From: a virus
UHGV virus genome: UHGV-0208093
Reading direction: 5' to 3' (one strand)
Length of the DNA: 37,633 bases
Both the position numbers and the translations under genes were made by a program. The notes under the pieces were generated by a model that was not told the DNA's origin, searched no databases, and saw only the letters and a program-made list of their open reading frames with translations. This document shows positions 1-8,430 of this stretch, piece after piece. Positions within the stretch are counted from its first letter, which is position 1. Each line of letters starts with the position of its first letter.

Positions 1-9
1 TTGATAATA

Positions 10-444
10 ATGGGTTTAGTACAAAGAATAAAATTGTTATCTGATGAAAAAAAGATGTCGTTTGCTGAGTTAGAACGAAAACTAGGTTTTGCCAATAGCT
101 CAATCAGAAAATGGGATGAACGGACTCCAGGTATCGATAAGATTCAAAAAGTAGCCGATTATTTCGATGTGTCGACAGACTATCTTCTAGGGCGTACCGA
201 AAAACGTCGTTATTATGATTTAACAGAGAAGGACGAACGTGATATACAAAAAGAATTAGAAAAAATTATTGAAGACATGGGTAATTCAGAATCTATCGCT
301 TTCTCAAAAGACACAGAAGAACTATCTCCAGAAGCACGCGCTGCTATTATTTCTTCTATAGAGGAATCTTTACGTATTGGCAAAGCTCTTGCGAAGAAAA
401 AGTTCACTCCGAAAAAATATCGTGATGATTCCACGGTAGATTAG
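10..444 (+). CDS. cI/ImmR-like XRE-family HTH repressor. It has no S24 peptidase domain, so it is probably ImmA-dependent. The ATG is at 10, and the window-start TTG is in frame with it.
   Basis: N-terminal HTH pattern (SFAELERKLGFANSSIRKWD...). Divergent from the cro-like gene at the right window end. An SD GAAAGG lies at 37628..37633, 9 nt upstream when the window is circularised. An immA-like gene follows. Confidence 0.75.
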   Translation: MGLVQRIKLLSDEKKMSFAELERKLGFANSSIRKWDERTPGIDKIQKVADYFDVSTDYLLGRTEKRRYYDLTEKDERDIQKELEKIIEDMGNSESIAFSKDTEELSPEARAAIISSIEESLRIGKALAKKKFTPKKYRDDSTVD

Positions 445-457
445 GAGGTGTCTTCTC

Positions 458-886
458 ATGCTTTTATCTGATGTACCCTATGCTATTGAAGAATTAAAAC
501 AGAAATATGGAACCAATGATCCGTTTGAAATAGCCGAGAAAAAAGGAATCATTATTCTCTATGGCTATTTTGGGAATGAAGTGTATGGGTTTTATAATAA
601 ATTCCGTAGACAAAAGTTTATTCATTTAGATGCTGAATTAGATGATAATGAACAAAATTTTGTCTGCGGCCATGAGTTATTTCATGCTGTCTTTCATCCA
701 GATGAAAACACGGCAAAAATGACAGCAAACAGTTTTTGCTCGACTTCAAAAATAGAAGCACAAGCAAATTGTGGTTCTACTTATCTTCGAATTGATGGCA
801 CCCATATGAATGAGTTGTATATTCCGACTAAACAAGACATACTAAACTTTTATGGTCTCCCTCCAGAAATGGAAAGGTACTTATAA
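458..886 (+). CDS. ImmA/IrrE-family (DUF955, M78) zinc metallopeptidase that would cleave the repressor.
   Basis: HELFHAVFH motif (H-E-x-x-H-x-x-x-H). A strong SD TAGGAGGTG sits upstream. Its position between the repressor and int matches an ImmR/ImmA module. Confidence 0.7.
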   Translation: MLLSDVPYAIEELKQKYGTNDPFEIAEKKGIIILYGYFGNEVYGFYNKFRRQKFIHLDAELDDNEQNFVCGHELFHAVFHPDENTAKMTANSFCSTSKIEAQANCGSTYLRIDGTHMNELYIPTKQDILNFYGLPPEMERYL

Positions 887-932
887 TTTTTTGAATGTAG
901 ACGAACATGAGTTTTTGAAAGGGGTTTTATAC

Positions 933-2078
933 ATGGCAATGATAAAACAGTATCAAAAGAAAAACGGGGAGAAAGCATGGTATTTTAAGACGTACCTTGG
1001 AATTGATCCATTAACTGGAAAAAAGAGGTATACAACTAAGAGAGGTTTTCGAACGCAGAAAGAGGCAAAAATTGCCCTTGCGAGACTAGAAGTTCTAGCT
1101 ACAGATAAAGAGTTATTGAAAGAGACTAGTTATACTTTTGCGCAGGTAAAAGATATGTGGATGGAACAATACAAGCCTACGGTAAGAGAAAGCACCTATT
1201 TACGTGTTAAGTTTTTATTTGATAAAAACATTTCAGTTTATTTCGGAAATAAAAAAATCCAAAGCTATAACATAGCTTACTGCCAAGAAACTATTAATAA
1301 ATGGAAAGAGCAATATTCTACCTACAAAGCTTTAAAGAGTTATACATCTGCAGTTTTTGATTATGCGAAAAAGATGAAGCTTATTAAAGATAATCCCATG
1401 AAAGAAGTGACTTTTTCAAAAGGTGATCGAAAACGTAAAAAAGATAAAATAAAGTACTTCGAAAAAGAAGAATTACAAAATTTTCTTAAATGCTGCCAAA
1501 AAGACAAATTTCCTTTAACTTATCCTTTATTCAGGATTCTAGCTTTTACTGGAATGCGAAAAGGAGAAGCTTTAGCTTTAACTTGGGACGATGTGGATTT
1601 TTTTAATAAAACGATTGAGATTAATAAAACAGTCGTAAGAAATTCAGATAATAAATTAGTCACCACGCCCCCTAAAACAGATACATCTAACCGAAAAATT
1701 TCACTGGATGATGAAACGCTTAATACTTTGAGGGATTGGCAAACTCAACAAAAAAGATATTTACTTATACATGGTCAACATGTTAAAACAAAGGAACAAA
1801 TAATTTTTTCTTCTAAAAATAATAACTACATCGATATAACCCGACCAAATACCGTTTTGTCTCGGATCTGTAAAGAATATGATTTTAACGACATTACAAT
1901 ACACGGATTTCGGCATACACATTGTAGTTTATTATTTGAAGCTGGCTTATCTGTCAAAGAAGTACAGGAAAGACTAGGACATTCAGATATTCACACAACA
2001 ATGAATATTTACACACATGTAACTAAAAAACAAAAAGAAAGGTCTGCCGATAAATTTGCAGCCTATTTAAATTTTTGA
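933..2078 (+). CDS. int: Tyrosine recombinase / phage integrase. The likely start is the ATG at 933 (MAMIKQYQKK...); the track ORF begins at 852.
   Basis: C-terminal catalytic signature HGFRHTHCSLL...LGHSDIHTTMNIYTHV (R..HxxR..Y). SD GAAAGGGG lies 8 nt upstream of 933. Confidence 0.9.
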   Translation: MAMIKQYQKKNGEKAWYFKTYLGIDPLTGKKRYTTKRGFRTQKEAKIALARLEVLATDKELLKETSYTFAQVKDMWMEQYKPTVRESTYLRVKFLFDKNISVYFGNKKIQSYNIAYCQETINKWKEQYSTYKALKSYTSAVFDYAKKMKLIKDNPMKEVTFSKGDRKRKKDKIKYFEKEELQNFLKCCQKDKFPLTYPLFRILAFTGMRKGEALALTWDDVDFFNKTIEINKTVVRNSDNKLVTTPPKTDTSNRKISLDDETLNTLRDWQTQQKRYLLIHGQHVKTKEQIIFSSKNNNYIDITRPNTVLSRICKEYDFNDITIHGFRHTHCSLLFEAGLSVKEVQERLGHSDIHTTMNIYTHVTKKQKERSADKFAAYLNF

Positions 2079-2080
2079 AA

Positions 2081-2304
2081 AGTATGGTCAAAAGTATGGT
2101 CAATAAAATAAAAAAAGACTAAAAACCTTTTGTATCAAGGTTTTCAGCCTATTAAAAATCGATATAATTATTTTACTGTTATGATTTTTGTACTTTTTGA
2201 CGAACTCTAATTCTTTCTAGACGCTTTAATACCGGTATTTCTTTAGTTTATTTTTTTCTGACAAGTTCCACTTTTTCATAAAAAGTATGGTCAAAGTATG
2301 GTCA
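2081..2304. repeat. attP-like region. Four copies of AGTATGGTCA form two tandem pairs (2081-2090, 2093-2102, 2284-2293, 2295-2304) that flank an AT-rich 180-bp segment. They are candidate integrase arm-type sites flanking the core.
   Basis: Exact 10-mer direct repeats immediately downstream of the int stop. The architecture is typical of tyrosine-integrase attP (arm sites flanking a core). Confidence 0.45.
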
Positions 2305-2386
2305 TTTTATTAAAATAATACTTTTCTTTATAAAATCTTTATTAAGTGATAGAATTAACTTAAATTAATAAGCAGGAGTGTATGTA

Positions 2387-2935
2387 ATGGATTGGAAAAA
2401 AATAGGTAAAAAAGCTTTCGACATTAGTAAACAGGCAACTGAAAAAGGTACGAATTCATTCCAAGATTGGAGAAATGACCCTGAACGAATTGAGCAAAAT
2501 AGATTGAAAAAAGAGTTAAAAAACTATACCCCTATAGAAAGTGATAACATTTTATTTAATGAATTAACTAACCAATGGAATTTCAAGAAAGATAAAAAAA
2601 GTATCTACTCAAAAGATGATTTGCTCGCTTTTGAATATGTAGAAAACGACATTAGTATAACTAAAGGAGGAGCTTCGCTAGGAAGAGCTGCATTGGGTGG
2701 AGCTTTACTTGGAGGCGCTGGTGCAGTTTTAGGAGGGCTTTCTGGTAAAAAAAAGACAAAAGAAAAAGTTAAGGGTATGAAAACCGTCGTCACTTTTAAG
2801 GTTAAAAATAAAGTTAAGACCGAGACTATTTACTACTCTACAGGATCAATTGATAAATCCAGTTTTGCTTATCAAGGATTCTTAGAAAAAGCACAAAACG
2901 ATTTAGCTCTCTTAAATCTTATTTCTGATAATTAA
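2387..2935 (+). CDS. Hypothetical membrane-associated protein with a glycine-zipper segment (GGASLGRAALGGALLGGAGAVLGGLSG). It looks like a moron or lysogenic-conversion candidate.
   Basis: Own SD AGGAG 8 nt upstream of the ATG at 2387. It is followed by an intrinsic terminator. It lies on the plus strand between int/attP and the tRNA. Confidence 0.55.
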   Translation: MDWKKIGKKAFDISKQATEKGTNSFQDWRNDPERIEQNRLKKELKNYTPIESDNILFNELTNQWNFKKDKKSIYSKDDLLAFEYVENDISITKGGASLGRAALGGALLGGAGAVLGGLSGKKKTKEKVKGMKTVVTFKVKNKVKTETIYYSTGSIDKSSFAYQGFLEKAQNDLALLNLISDN

Positions 2936-2975
2936 AAAAAGGCTACCTCTCGAAATTTGAGAAGTAGCCTTTTTA
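2936..2975 (+). terminator. Rho-independent terminator (AGGCTAC...GTAGCCT then TTTTT) after the moron gene. It is preceded by an A-run, so it could act bidirectionally.
   Basis: Perfect 7-bp stem with a T-run directly after the stop codon at 2935. Confidence 0.7.
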
Positions 2976-2979
2976 GCTA

Positions 2980-3053
2980 TGGACCATACAGGACTCGAAC
3001 CTGTGACCGAACGGTTATGAGCCGTTTGCTCTAACCAACTGAGCTAATGGTCC
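2980..3053 (-). tRNA. tRNA with anticodon CAT (elongator tRNA-Met or tRNA-Ile2/lysidine). No encoded CCA.
   Basis: Manual cloverleaf on the minus strand: acceptor GGACCAT/ATGGTCC, D-arm GCTC-AGTTGGTTA-GAGC, anticodon stem AACGG/CCGTT with loop CTCATAA, T-arm ACAGG-TTCGAGT-CCTGT, discriminator A. G1-C72 and a non-GGG anticodon stem argue against an initiator. Confidence 0.85.
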
Positions 3054-3073
3054 TGAAAGAATCCTAATTTACT

Positions 3074-3460
3074 TTAAGACTCTTTGTGTATTTCCGAAAA
3101 ATTTTCTGGAAGCTCTAATGATGATCCTAGCCCTTCTTTGGTTATGAACGTCAGTACTCTATTTAATTCTGGAACAATATCTTTTAATAAATCTGTTGAA
3201 TTATCTATATCTACTAATGTCAGATTAGGATCATTATTATCAGTTTCATAAATACCATAAAAATTTAGTTGCATAAAAGAATCTTCACTTTTATCTTTAT
3301 ATAGCTCAACATGAGCATCTAATTTTAATAATTTTGATTCTTCTTTGTTTACCTCTAATTTAAATTGTCCATTTACTGATATACTCTCTTCGATTTCGGC
3401 CAAGCCAAACTGAAGAGATTCGATTCCACTATTGATTCGTTTGAATTTGATTTTTCCCAT
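3074..3460 (-). CDS. Hypothetical acidic protein (128 aa). Third gene of the accessory cassette. It overlaps the upstream gene by 88 nt.
   Basis: Strong SD AAAGGAG 7 nt upstream of the ATG at 3460. No recognisable motifs. Confidence 0.5.
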   Translation of the reverse strand: MGKIKFKRINSGIESLQFGLAEIEESISVNGQFKLEVNKEESKLLKLDAHVELYKDKSEDSFMQLNFYGIYETDNNDPNLTLVDIDNSTDLLKDIVPELNRVLTFITKEGLGSSLELPENFSEIHKES

Positions 3461-4071
3461 TTCAATTCTCCTTTAATGCGATTTTCAGTTTCAAACTCCA
3501 TTACGTTAGCAATTCTAATAATATTATTTCTTAGATCTAACTGACAACCGTATACTTTTTGAGCTATTTGTTGATGTTCAGAATAGCTATTTAATATTAG
3601 ATCCTCCAATAATTTTTCTAGTCTATTATATACTTTTTCTTTAAGAACTTTTTTTCCCTTTATTTTTACAATACATTTGTAAAAGGCATATGGGTCATCT
3701 GCTAGTCGTATCAAAGAATCAATATAATTAGCTTGAATACTACCGTTCTCAATAGAAGATAAGTTACTATAACTAATACCCAGCAATACTGAAAAATCTC
3801 TTATAGTTAGTTCGTATTTTTCTCTAATTTCTTTTACTTTTTTAGCAGATAACAAATTGTGTCTTTCTCTGTAAATATTATAGTCTTTTTCTAAATTTTG
3901 ATCTGGGTTAGAAAATGGTTCAAATAATTCATCATCTGATATTCTTTTATAATATTCATGTTTGACTTTAAATGTATCGTTTTTAATTGTAACGTCTTCT
4001 TCTAAAAAAATTACTTCGTATCTTTCATTTTGATTAGTTTCATATGAAAACTTTTCTATAATTTTAGACAT
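3373..4071 (-). CDS. XRE-family HTH protein (232 aa) with N- and C-terminal extensions. Antitoxin-like or regulator of the accessory cassette.
   Basis: HTH segment KVKEIREKYELTIRDFSVLLGISYSNLSSIENG. The start lies 1 nt after the stop of the upstream 130-aa gene. Confidence 0.55.
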   Translation of the reverse strand: MSKIIEKFSYETNQNERYEVIFLEEDVTIKNDTFKVKHEYYKRISDDELFEPFSNPDQNLEKDYNIYRERHNLLSAKKVKEIREKYELTIRDFSVLLGISYSNLSSIENGSIQANYIDSLIRLADDPYAFYKCIVKIKGKKVLKEKVYNRLEKLLEDLILNSYSEHQQIAQKVYGCQLDLRNNIIRIANVMEFETENRIKGELKWEKSNSNESIVESNLFSLAWPKSKRVYQ

Positions 4072-4072
4072 A

Positions 4073-4465
4073 CTAAATCACCTCTCCCTTATAGTCTAAT
4101 GGAAAGCAATCAATTTCTTGTTCTCTAGGATGAAAAGACATATATGCTGCAACAAAATTATTCTCTTGTGCTATCAATTCCAACTTCACATACACTTTTA
4201 TTTCATCCCAAACTAAGCCGAATTCTGTCACAGTTCTATTCGAGGCTCTGTGATGCTCTGAGGGTCCTCTAAAATAATGCTTTTCTTCTATATTTTCTAT
4301 GATAAAGTTATGCATTGCAGCAACAGTTATACCATATGCCCTTAAGAATCTAGTTGTTTTTGCATTAACTTCAGAAAAACTTACATGTCCATCAGAAACA
4401 CATTCTTTGAAAGTTGTGAGAAAAAGGTTGACTTTAGTAAATAATTCTTCACTCGACATTTCCAC
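4073..4465 (-). CDS. Hypothetical 130-aa protein. Possibly a RelE/MqsR-superfamily-like toxin; the resemblance is weak.
   Basis: First gene of an operon with its own promoter (TTGCCA-18-TGtgaTATTAT on the minus strand, about 4501..4530). It is tightly coupled to the downstream HTH gene. The C-terminal W-x-[DE]-[IV]-[KY]...Y-[LV]-K-[IL] pattern is loosely MqsR-like. Confidence 0.3.
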   Translation of the reverse strand: MEMSSEELFTKVNLFLTTFKECVSDGHVSFSEVNAKTTRFLRAYGITVAAMHNFIIENIEEKHYFRGPSEHHRASNRTVTEFGLVWDEIKVYVKLELIAQENNFVAAYMSFHPREQEIDCFPLDYKGEVI

Positions 4466-4569
4466 ACCTACTATTCACAAACTTGTTACTCTTGAATAAC
4501 ATAATATCACAATGGGTAAGTATCTGGCAAGAATATTTAAATTCATGTTACAAATCTTTAATTTCATAA

Positions 4570-4660
4570 TTACAAAAAAGAGCCACCTTGGGGAAGGCGA
4601 CTAAAAAAACAAAATCACCCACAATCTGTCGTATGACGGTGAGTGATTTTGTCATTAATT
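4570..4660 (-). terminator. Terminator region downstream of the endolysin. Two hairpins are each followed by T-runs on the minus strand. It separates the lysis module from the accessory cassette.
   Basis: Minus-strand reading: AAAATCACTCACCG...GGGTGATTTTGTTTTTTT, then a second hairpin followed by CTCTTTTTT. Confidence 0.55.
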
Positions 4661-4817
4661 GAGATTCTATAGTGAATGTCATCACTAAAGAAAGTATACT
4701 ATACAGATTTTTTTATGTAAAACAAAAACCGTCCCTTGGCAAGGACGGTTTAAGTGAATGACTCCTTTATTGTATGTCTAATATACAATTATTTTTACTT
4801 TCAGGCAAGAATTTTTT

Positions 4818-6119
4818 TCAATAGTTTAAGGTTTGCCCTGGATAAATCAAGTTAGGGTTAACTAACCCGTTTCGTTGTGCTAAAGCTTGATAAGTCGTAC
4901 CAAGTTTAGCTGCAATGCTAGATAAATTATCACCGTATTGGACTGTATAAACGTTGCTTACTACTGATCCATTGACTTTCAAAACTTGTCCAGGGTAAAT
5001 AAGATTTGGATTGGCCAATCCATTTAACGAAGCTAAGGTTTGATAGTCTGTTCCGTATTGATAAGCAATACTTGATAATGTTTCGCCGTATTGTACCACA
5101 TGGGTTGCTTCTGGTTGCTTGTCAGGAACAGTTGTTGAATCTGGCAATAATTCAATATCGCCTTTGCTAATCCATGACAAGATACCTTCAAGCAATACTC
5201 TGCTTCCAGTTACTTCTTGTACTTTATAGCTGTTTCCTTTTACCCATTGCGGAATAGCTTCACCAGTTGCCCAAGCATCGACATTAAATTTCACTTTGAC
5301 GGTATCACCAACTTTAACATCAGAATTCGGTGTTTTTTCGATTTCTTCACCTGCATCTATTGCTGGCGTGTCCGTTTCTGGTTTATTGGTTTCTGTATAA
5401 CCACTATCCGTAATTCCTGTTAAATCTACGTTACCATCTAAACCACCTGCAATATAAGCGGATGTGAATTGCCAAATGCCAATACCATTCATGCTTGGGA
5501 AATAAGCATACAATGGATATGGTGACACACCATCGATAGGATACGCAGCAATCCATAAAGAATTAGGAAACTCTTTGATGATTTGTTGATAGTTTACATG
5601 ATTTAGTGTAAATGGCTTATAGCTGTAATACATTGGAGTATAGCCAGCCTGTTTGATTCTGCGCATACCGTACAAAATTGTCTCTGTATTTGCTGCTTTT
5701 TCGGCATCTGAACTTACATATCCTCCATATCCATCTGGAACACTAGCCAACGCTCCATGTTCAAAATCTAATGCAACGATGGAATTTTTAGGCGTTTGAA
5801 TACGTGGCAAAAAGTAATCCATTGTTGTTTTCGCAATGTCCATGTTTCCCCAAGTGTCATACCAAATATAGGTATGCGCACGTTTACCTTGAGCAATAGC
5901 ACTTGCTACTTGCGTTTTATATGTGTATTGTTCATAAATACCGCTAGCATTGTAGCCACCAATCTGGGCAATAGCGAATTTATCATGCGCATAGCCAAAA
6001 CGACCTTGTTCACCTTGATAAATCGCCCAGTCAACGCCTTGGTCACCTTTTGCAGCAAATACATTTAAAGGCATAAAAAATAGAGCGACAAGCGCTCCAA
6101 CTAAAATTTTCTTTTTCAT
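4818..6119 (-). CDS. Endolysin. N-terminal cleavable signal peptide, GH25 muramidase domain, a central beta-rich domain, and two C-terminal LysM repeats.
   Basis: [25 protein letters not shown] signal peptide. [11 protein letters not shown]25 motif. Two LysM repeats near 47 aa each ([17 protein letters not shown]...YPGQVLKV and [17 protein letters not shown]...YPGQTLNY). Confidence 0.85.
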   Translation of the reverse strand: MKKKILVGALVALFFMPLNVFAAKGDQGVDWAIYQGEQGRFGYAHDKFAIAQIGGYNASGIYEQYTYKTQVASAIAQGKRAHTYIWYDTWGNMDIAKTTMDYFLPRIQTPKNSIVALDFEHGALASVPDGYGGYVSSDAEKAANTETILYGMRRIKQAGYTPMYYSYKPFTLNHVNYQQIIKEFPNSLWIAAYPIDGVSPYPLYAYFPSMNGIGIWQFTSAYIAGGLDGNVDLTGITDSGYTETNKPETDTPAIDAGEEIEKTPNSDVKVGDTVKVKFNVDAWATGEAIPQWVKGNSYKVQEVTGSRVLLEGILSWISKGDIELLPDSTTVPDKQPEATHVVQYGETLSSIAYQYGTDYQTLASLNGLANPNLIYPGQVLKVNGSVVSNVYTVQYGDNLSSIAAKLGTTYQALAQRNGLVNPNLIYPGQTLNY

Positions 6120-6352
6120 TTATTTGTCTCCTTTTTATCTGATAAACCAGGCGTTGTATGGTCTGTCACAATTCCTAAAATAGTTAATACAACAAACACT
6201 GCATTGACAACATCTAACAGCTGCTGATTAATCACATCAATTTGAAATTTATACCCAAAAGGGACTGCAACTACTTGAATAAGTATCAAAACTGCAGGAA
6301 TAAGAGACAACCAGAATTGTTTATTTTTTATTCTTGATTTCCAATCAATCAT
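6116..6352 (-). CDS. Holin, two transmembrane helices. The likely start is the ATG at 6352 ([14 protein letters not shown]...); the track ORF extends to 6421.
   Basis: SD GGAGG 8 nt upstream of 6352. Two hydrophobic helices with a charged C-terminus. Immediately upstream of the endolysin. Confidence 0.7.
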   Translation of the reverse strand: MIDWKSRIKNKQFWLSLIPAVLILIQVVAVPFGYKFQIDVINQQLLDVVNAVFVVLTILGIVTDHTTPGLSDKKETNK

Positions 6353-6569
6353 TTTTATTTCCTCCAATTCCTCGAAAGAGGGTTTTATTTTGTTCTTCCA
6401 ATCGACTAATGCGCACTTCATGGTTATTTAATCGGTCAACAGCCTGTTTTAGTTCTTTCATGCTATCTTCTAATTGAGAGAAGACATGATAGAATTTCAT
6501 TAATGCGAAGATAATTCCGCTTAAAAATGTAATCACCGCTAACCATTGTTCTAGTGTTAAGTTCATCAT
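6345..6569 (-). CDS. Small membrane protein with an N-terminal transmembrane helix and a C-terminal coiled coil. Lysis-associated, possibly XhlA-like.
   Basis: Transmembrane segment LAVITFLSGIIFALM, then a heptad-like stretch LEDSMKELKQAVDRLNNHEVRISRLEEQ. Its position is directly upstream of the holin. Confidence 0.4.
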   Translation of the reverse strand: MMNLTLEQWLAVITFLSGIIFALMKFYHVFSQLEDSMKELKQAVDRLNNHEVRISRLEEQNKTLFRGIGGNKND

Positions 6570-6639
6570 GCACCTACTTTCTACTTACAATAAAACCGCC
6601 TAGCTTTCGCTAAACGGCTATATTTGTATTATTCATTAA

Positions 6640-8430
6640 TTATGCTAACGATCCATCAGGCAATCTGTTAAGAATTGAAACAGAACCGCCATTTAAAGAA
6701 CCTTCATTCGGGAAAGGATCTTTAGTCAGCCAAGAACCTTGTACATAAGTATTTCCATTGTGTGCACTACCAAACCGGATATCTTGTGGAGATCCCTCTA
6801 CAATTGCCATGTAATTTTTAGCTGCTGATTGTGCGAATGACCATTGTGATACTGACAAGCTATTATTAAAATACGTATTTGAGATTAAATCGCCAAGCGT
6901 TCTAAAACCCATTGGCAAATCATAAATAACCGGCATATCATTACCAAATTTAGTATAATCCTTAACATTTATACGCATATTGAAAAATACCGTATTTCCT
7001 ATTCTAAAGATGTCCACTTTACTTTCCGTTGCATTGATCGCATCTTTTGCTGCCTGAACTTTATTAGACAAATCCAAAGAAGTTCGTAAATAACGATAAA
7101 CTTTGTTTTCTTCTAGTATATCTTCAGTCGATGCAATTTTTGTCCAATTAGTCCAGGTTGCAGGACTTCCTTGACGACTACGGGTATACGTTTCGCCTTT
7201 ATAGATATAAGTTTGATTGATGAACGTATTATCTGCATATACAACAAGTACACCGTACACAGCCCCGTCATAAGGCCTATTAATTCCTGAAGCACCAAAC
7301 ACTGTGTAAATACCTTTATCTAAAATCTCATTCCAATTTTGCGCTTTAATTACTGTCTTTTTAGAAACTAATGCTCCATTTTCTATATCAGTTAAGTTTA
7401 CAACACTGTCTGTAGTAGCCAAAATTTTGAACGGACTATTTTGAGAAGAATTAGGAGAAATCGTTCTAAATGCAATTAAAGGTGTTGTTAAAGAATTCAT
7501 TCTAATTTCTTGATACATAGCTCCCGCGGTGCCTGCAATGGCATGTTGATAAACATATAGAGCAGAATATTTAAATTCAGGCGGTAAATCTGCTTTGTCA
7601 GTCATTGTTCCCGCAACTGTAGCATCTAGATAATAAAAACCAGCATAACCTGATAATTCTTTAAATGAAGTTACTCCCTTTGGCAAAGGTAGACCTGAAC
7701 CATCATCATTAGTTAACTTTTTATTTTGAATGTCAAGGTTTTCCGTTTTACTTAAAAATCTATTATCAGCTTCCTGTTTCGTATAGAAGTTTCCCTCTTT
7801 AAACTTTTCAAGTGCTGCATCAACTTCATCTGTTACTGACTTCCCAATGGCTGAAATGCGACCTTCTGCATCCACCAATATATCTGTTATTTGTTTTTTT
7901 AGCGTATTTAAATCTACCTTGATCGCTTCAATACGTTTTTCAACATCATCATAATCAGTATTCATTTTATTTAGTGCAGCTTGATATGCTTCATTCAAAG
8001 CTTTTACAAGTTTATTGTATTCAGTAATAATTGTTTCAGCTTCTCCGGCATCAATGTCAGCATTTCCTTTAACAATGATTTTAAAGTCTCCCGTAGTATC
8101 TCTTTTCCCATCTTTTTGAAACGAAAAATATGCCCTTTTGTACGTCCCTTCTACGCTAAACGCTGCACTAGGAAACGTGTATTCAAATGTTCCTTTTTGC
8201 AATTCAGCGTTATTAGAAGAGACGTTTTCAGAATCAAAAACTTTCACTTTTCCGCCTGCAGGTTCTCCCTCAAAGGTAATGATTCCACCCGATAAATCTG
8301 GTATCTCATCTCGTCGAGAAATTTTCACAGTAATTGTTTGCATTTTTTCATCGCCGACGCGTCCATAAATAATCGGTGGCATGATTGGATCCTTTGAAAA
8401 ATCGAGATTTAATATCTTATTCGCCATCAA
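6640..8430 (-). CDS. Tail fiber / receptor-binding protein with a BppU-like N-terminus.
   Basis: N-terminus MANKILNLDFSKDP... resembles baseplate upper protein. Last gene of the tail module. 596 aa. Confidence 0.55.
   Translation of the reverse strand: MMANKILNLDFSKDPIMPPIIYGRVGDEKMQTITVKISRRDEIPDLSGGIITFEGEPAGGKVKVFDSENVSSNNAELQKGTFEYTFPSAAFSVEGTYKRAYFSFQKDGKRDTTGDFKIIVKGNADIDAGEAETIITEYNKLVKALNEAYQAALNKMNTDYDDVEKRIEAIKVDLNTLKKQITDILVDAEGRISAIGKSVTDEVDAALEKFKEGNFYTKQEADNRFLSKTENLDIQNKKLTNDDGSGLPLPKGVTSFKELSGYAGFYYLDATVAGTMTDKADLPPEFKYSALYVYQHAIAGTAGAMYQEIRMNSLTTPLIAFRTISPNSSQNSPFKILATTDSVVNLTDIENGALVSKKTVIKAQNWNEILDKGIYTVFGASGINRPYDGAVYGVLVVYADNTFINQTYIYKGETYTRSRQGSPATWTNWTKIASTEDILEENKVYRYLRTSLDLSNKVQAAKDAINATESKVDIFRIGNTVFFNMRINVKDYTKFGNDMPVIYDLPMGFRTLGDLISNTYFNNSLSVSQWSFAQSAAKNYMAIVEGSPQDIRFGSAHNGNTYVQGSWLTKDPFPNEGSLNGGSVSILNRLPDGSLA

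Noticed and set aside
458-886. The ImmA-like ORF as a truncated pseudogene, because it overlaps the track's integrase ORF and is only 142 aa.
   Set aside because: It has an intact HExxH motif and a strong SD. The integrase most plausibly starts at 933, downstream of the ImmA stop. The size is within the range of small ImmA/IrrE proteins.
2605-2793. 62-aa minus-strand ORF inside the glycine-zipper gene.
   Set aside because: It is the antisense reading of a Gly/Ala-rich coding stretch, read as Pro/Ala-rich, with no RBS.
2980-3053. Initiator tRNA-fMet assignment for the CAT tRNA.
   Set aside because: Positions 1:72 form a G-C pair rather than the C-A mismatch of bacterial initiators. The anticodon stem lacks the three consecutive G-C pairs (GGG/CCC) characteristic of initiators.
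4818-5110. Roughly 140-bp direct DNA repeat at the 3' end of the endolysin gene.
   Set aside because: It reflects the two LysM cell-wall-binding domains in the protein. It is not a separate repeat element.
5217-6068. Plus-strand ORFs (68 and 90 aa) within the endolysin gene.
   Set aside because: They are antisense to a well-supported gene. They have no RBS and hydrophobic low-complexity translations.
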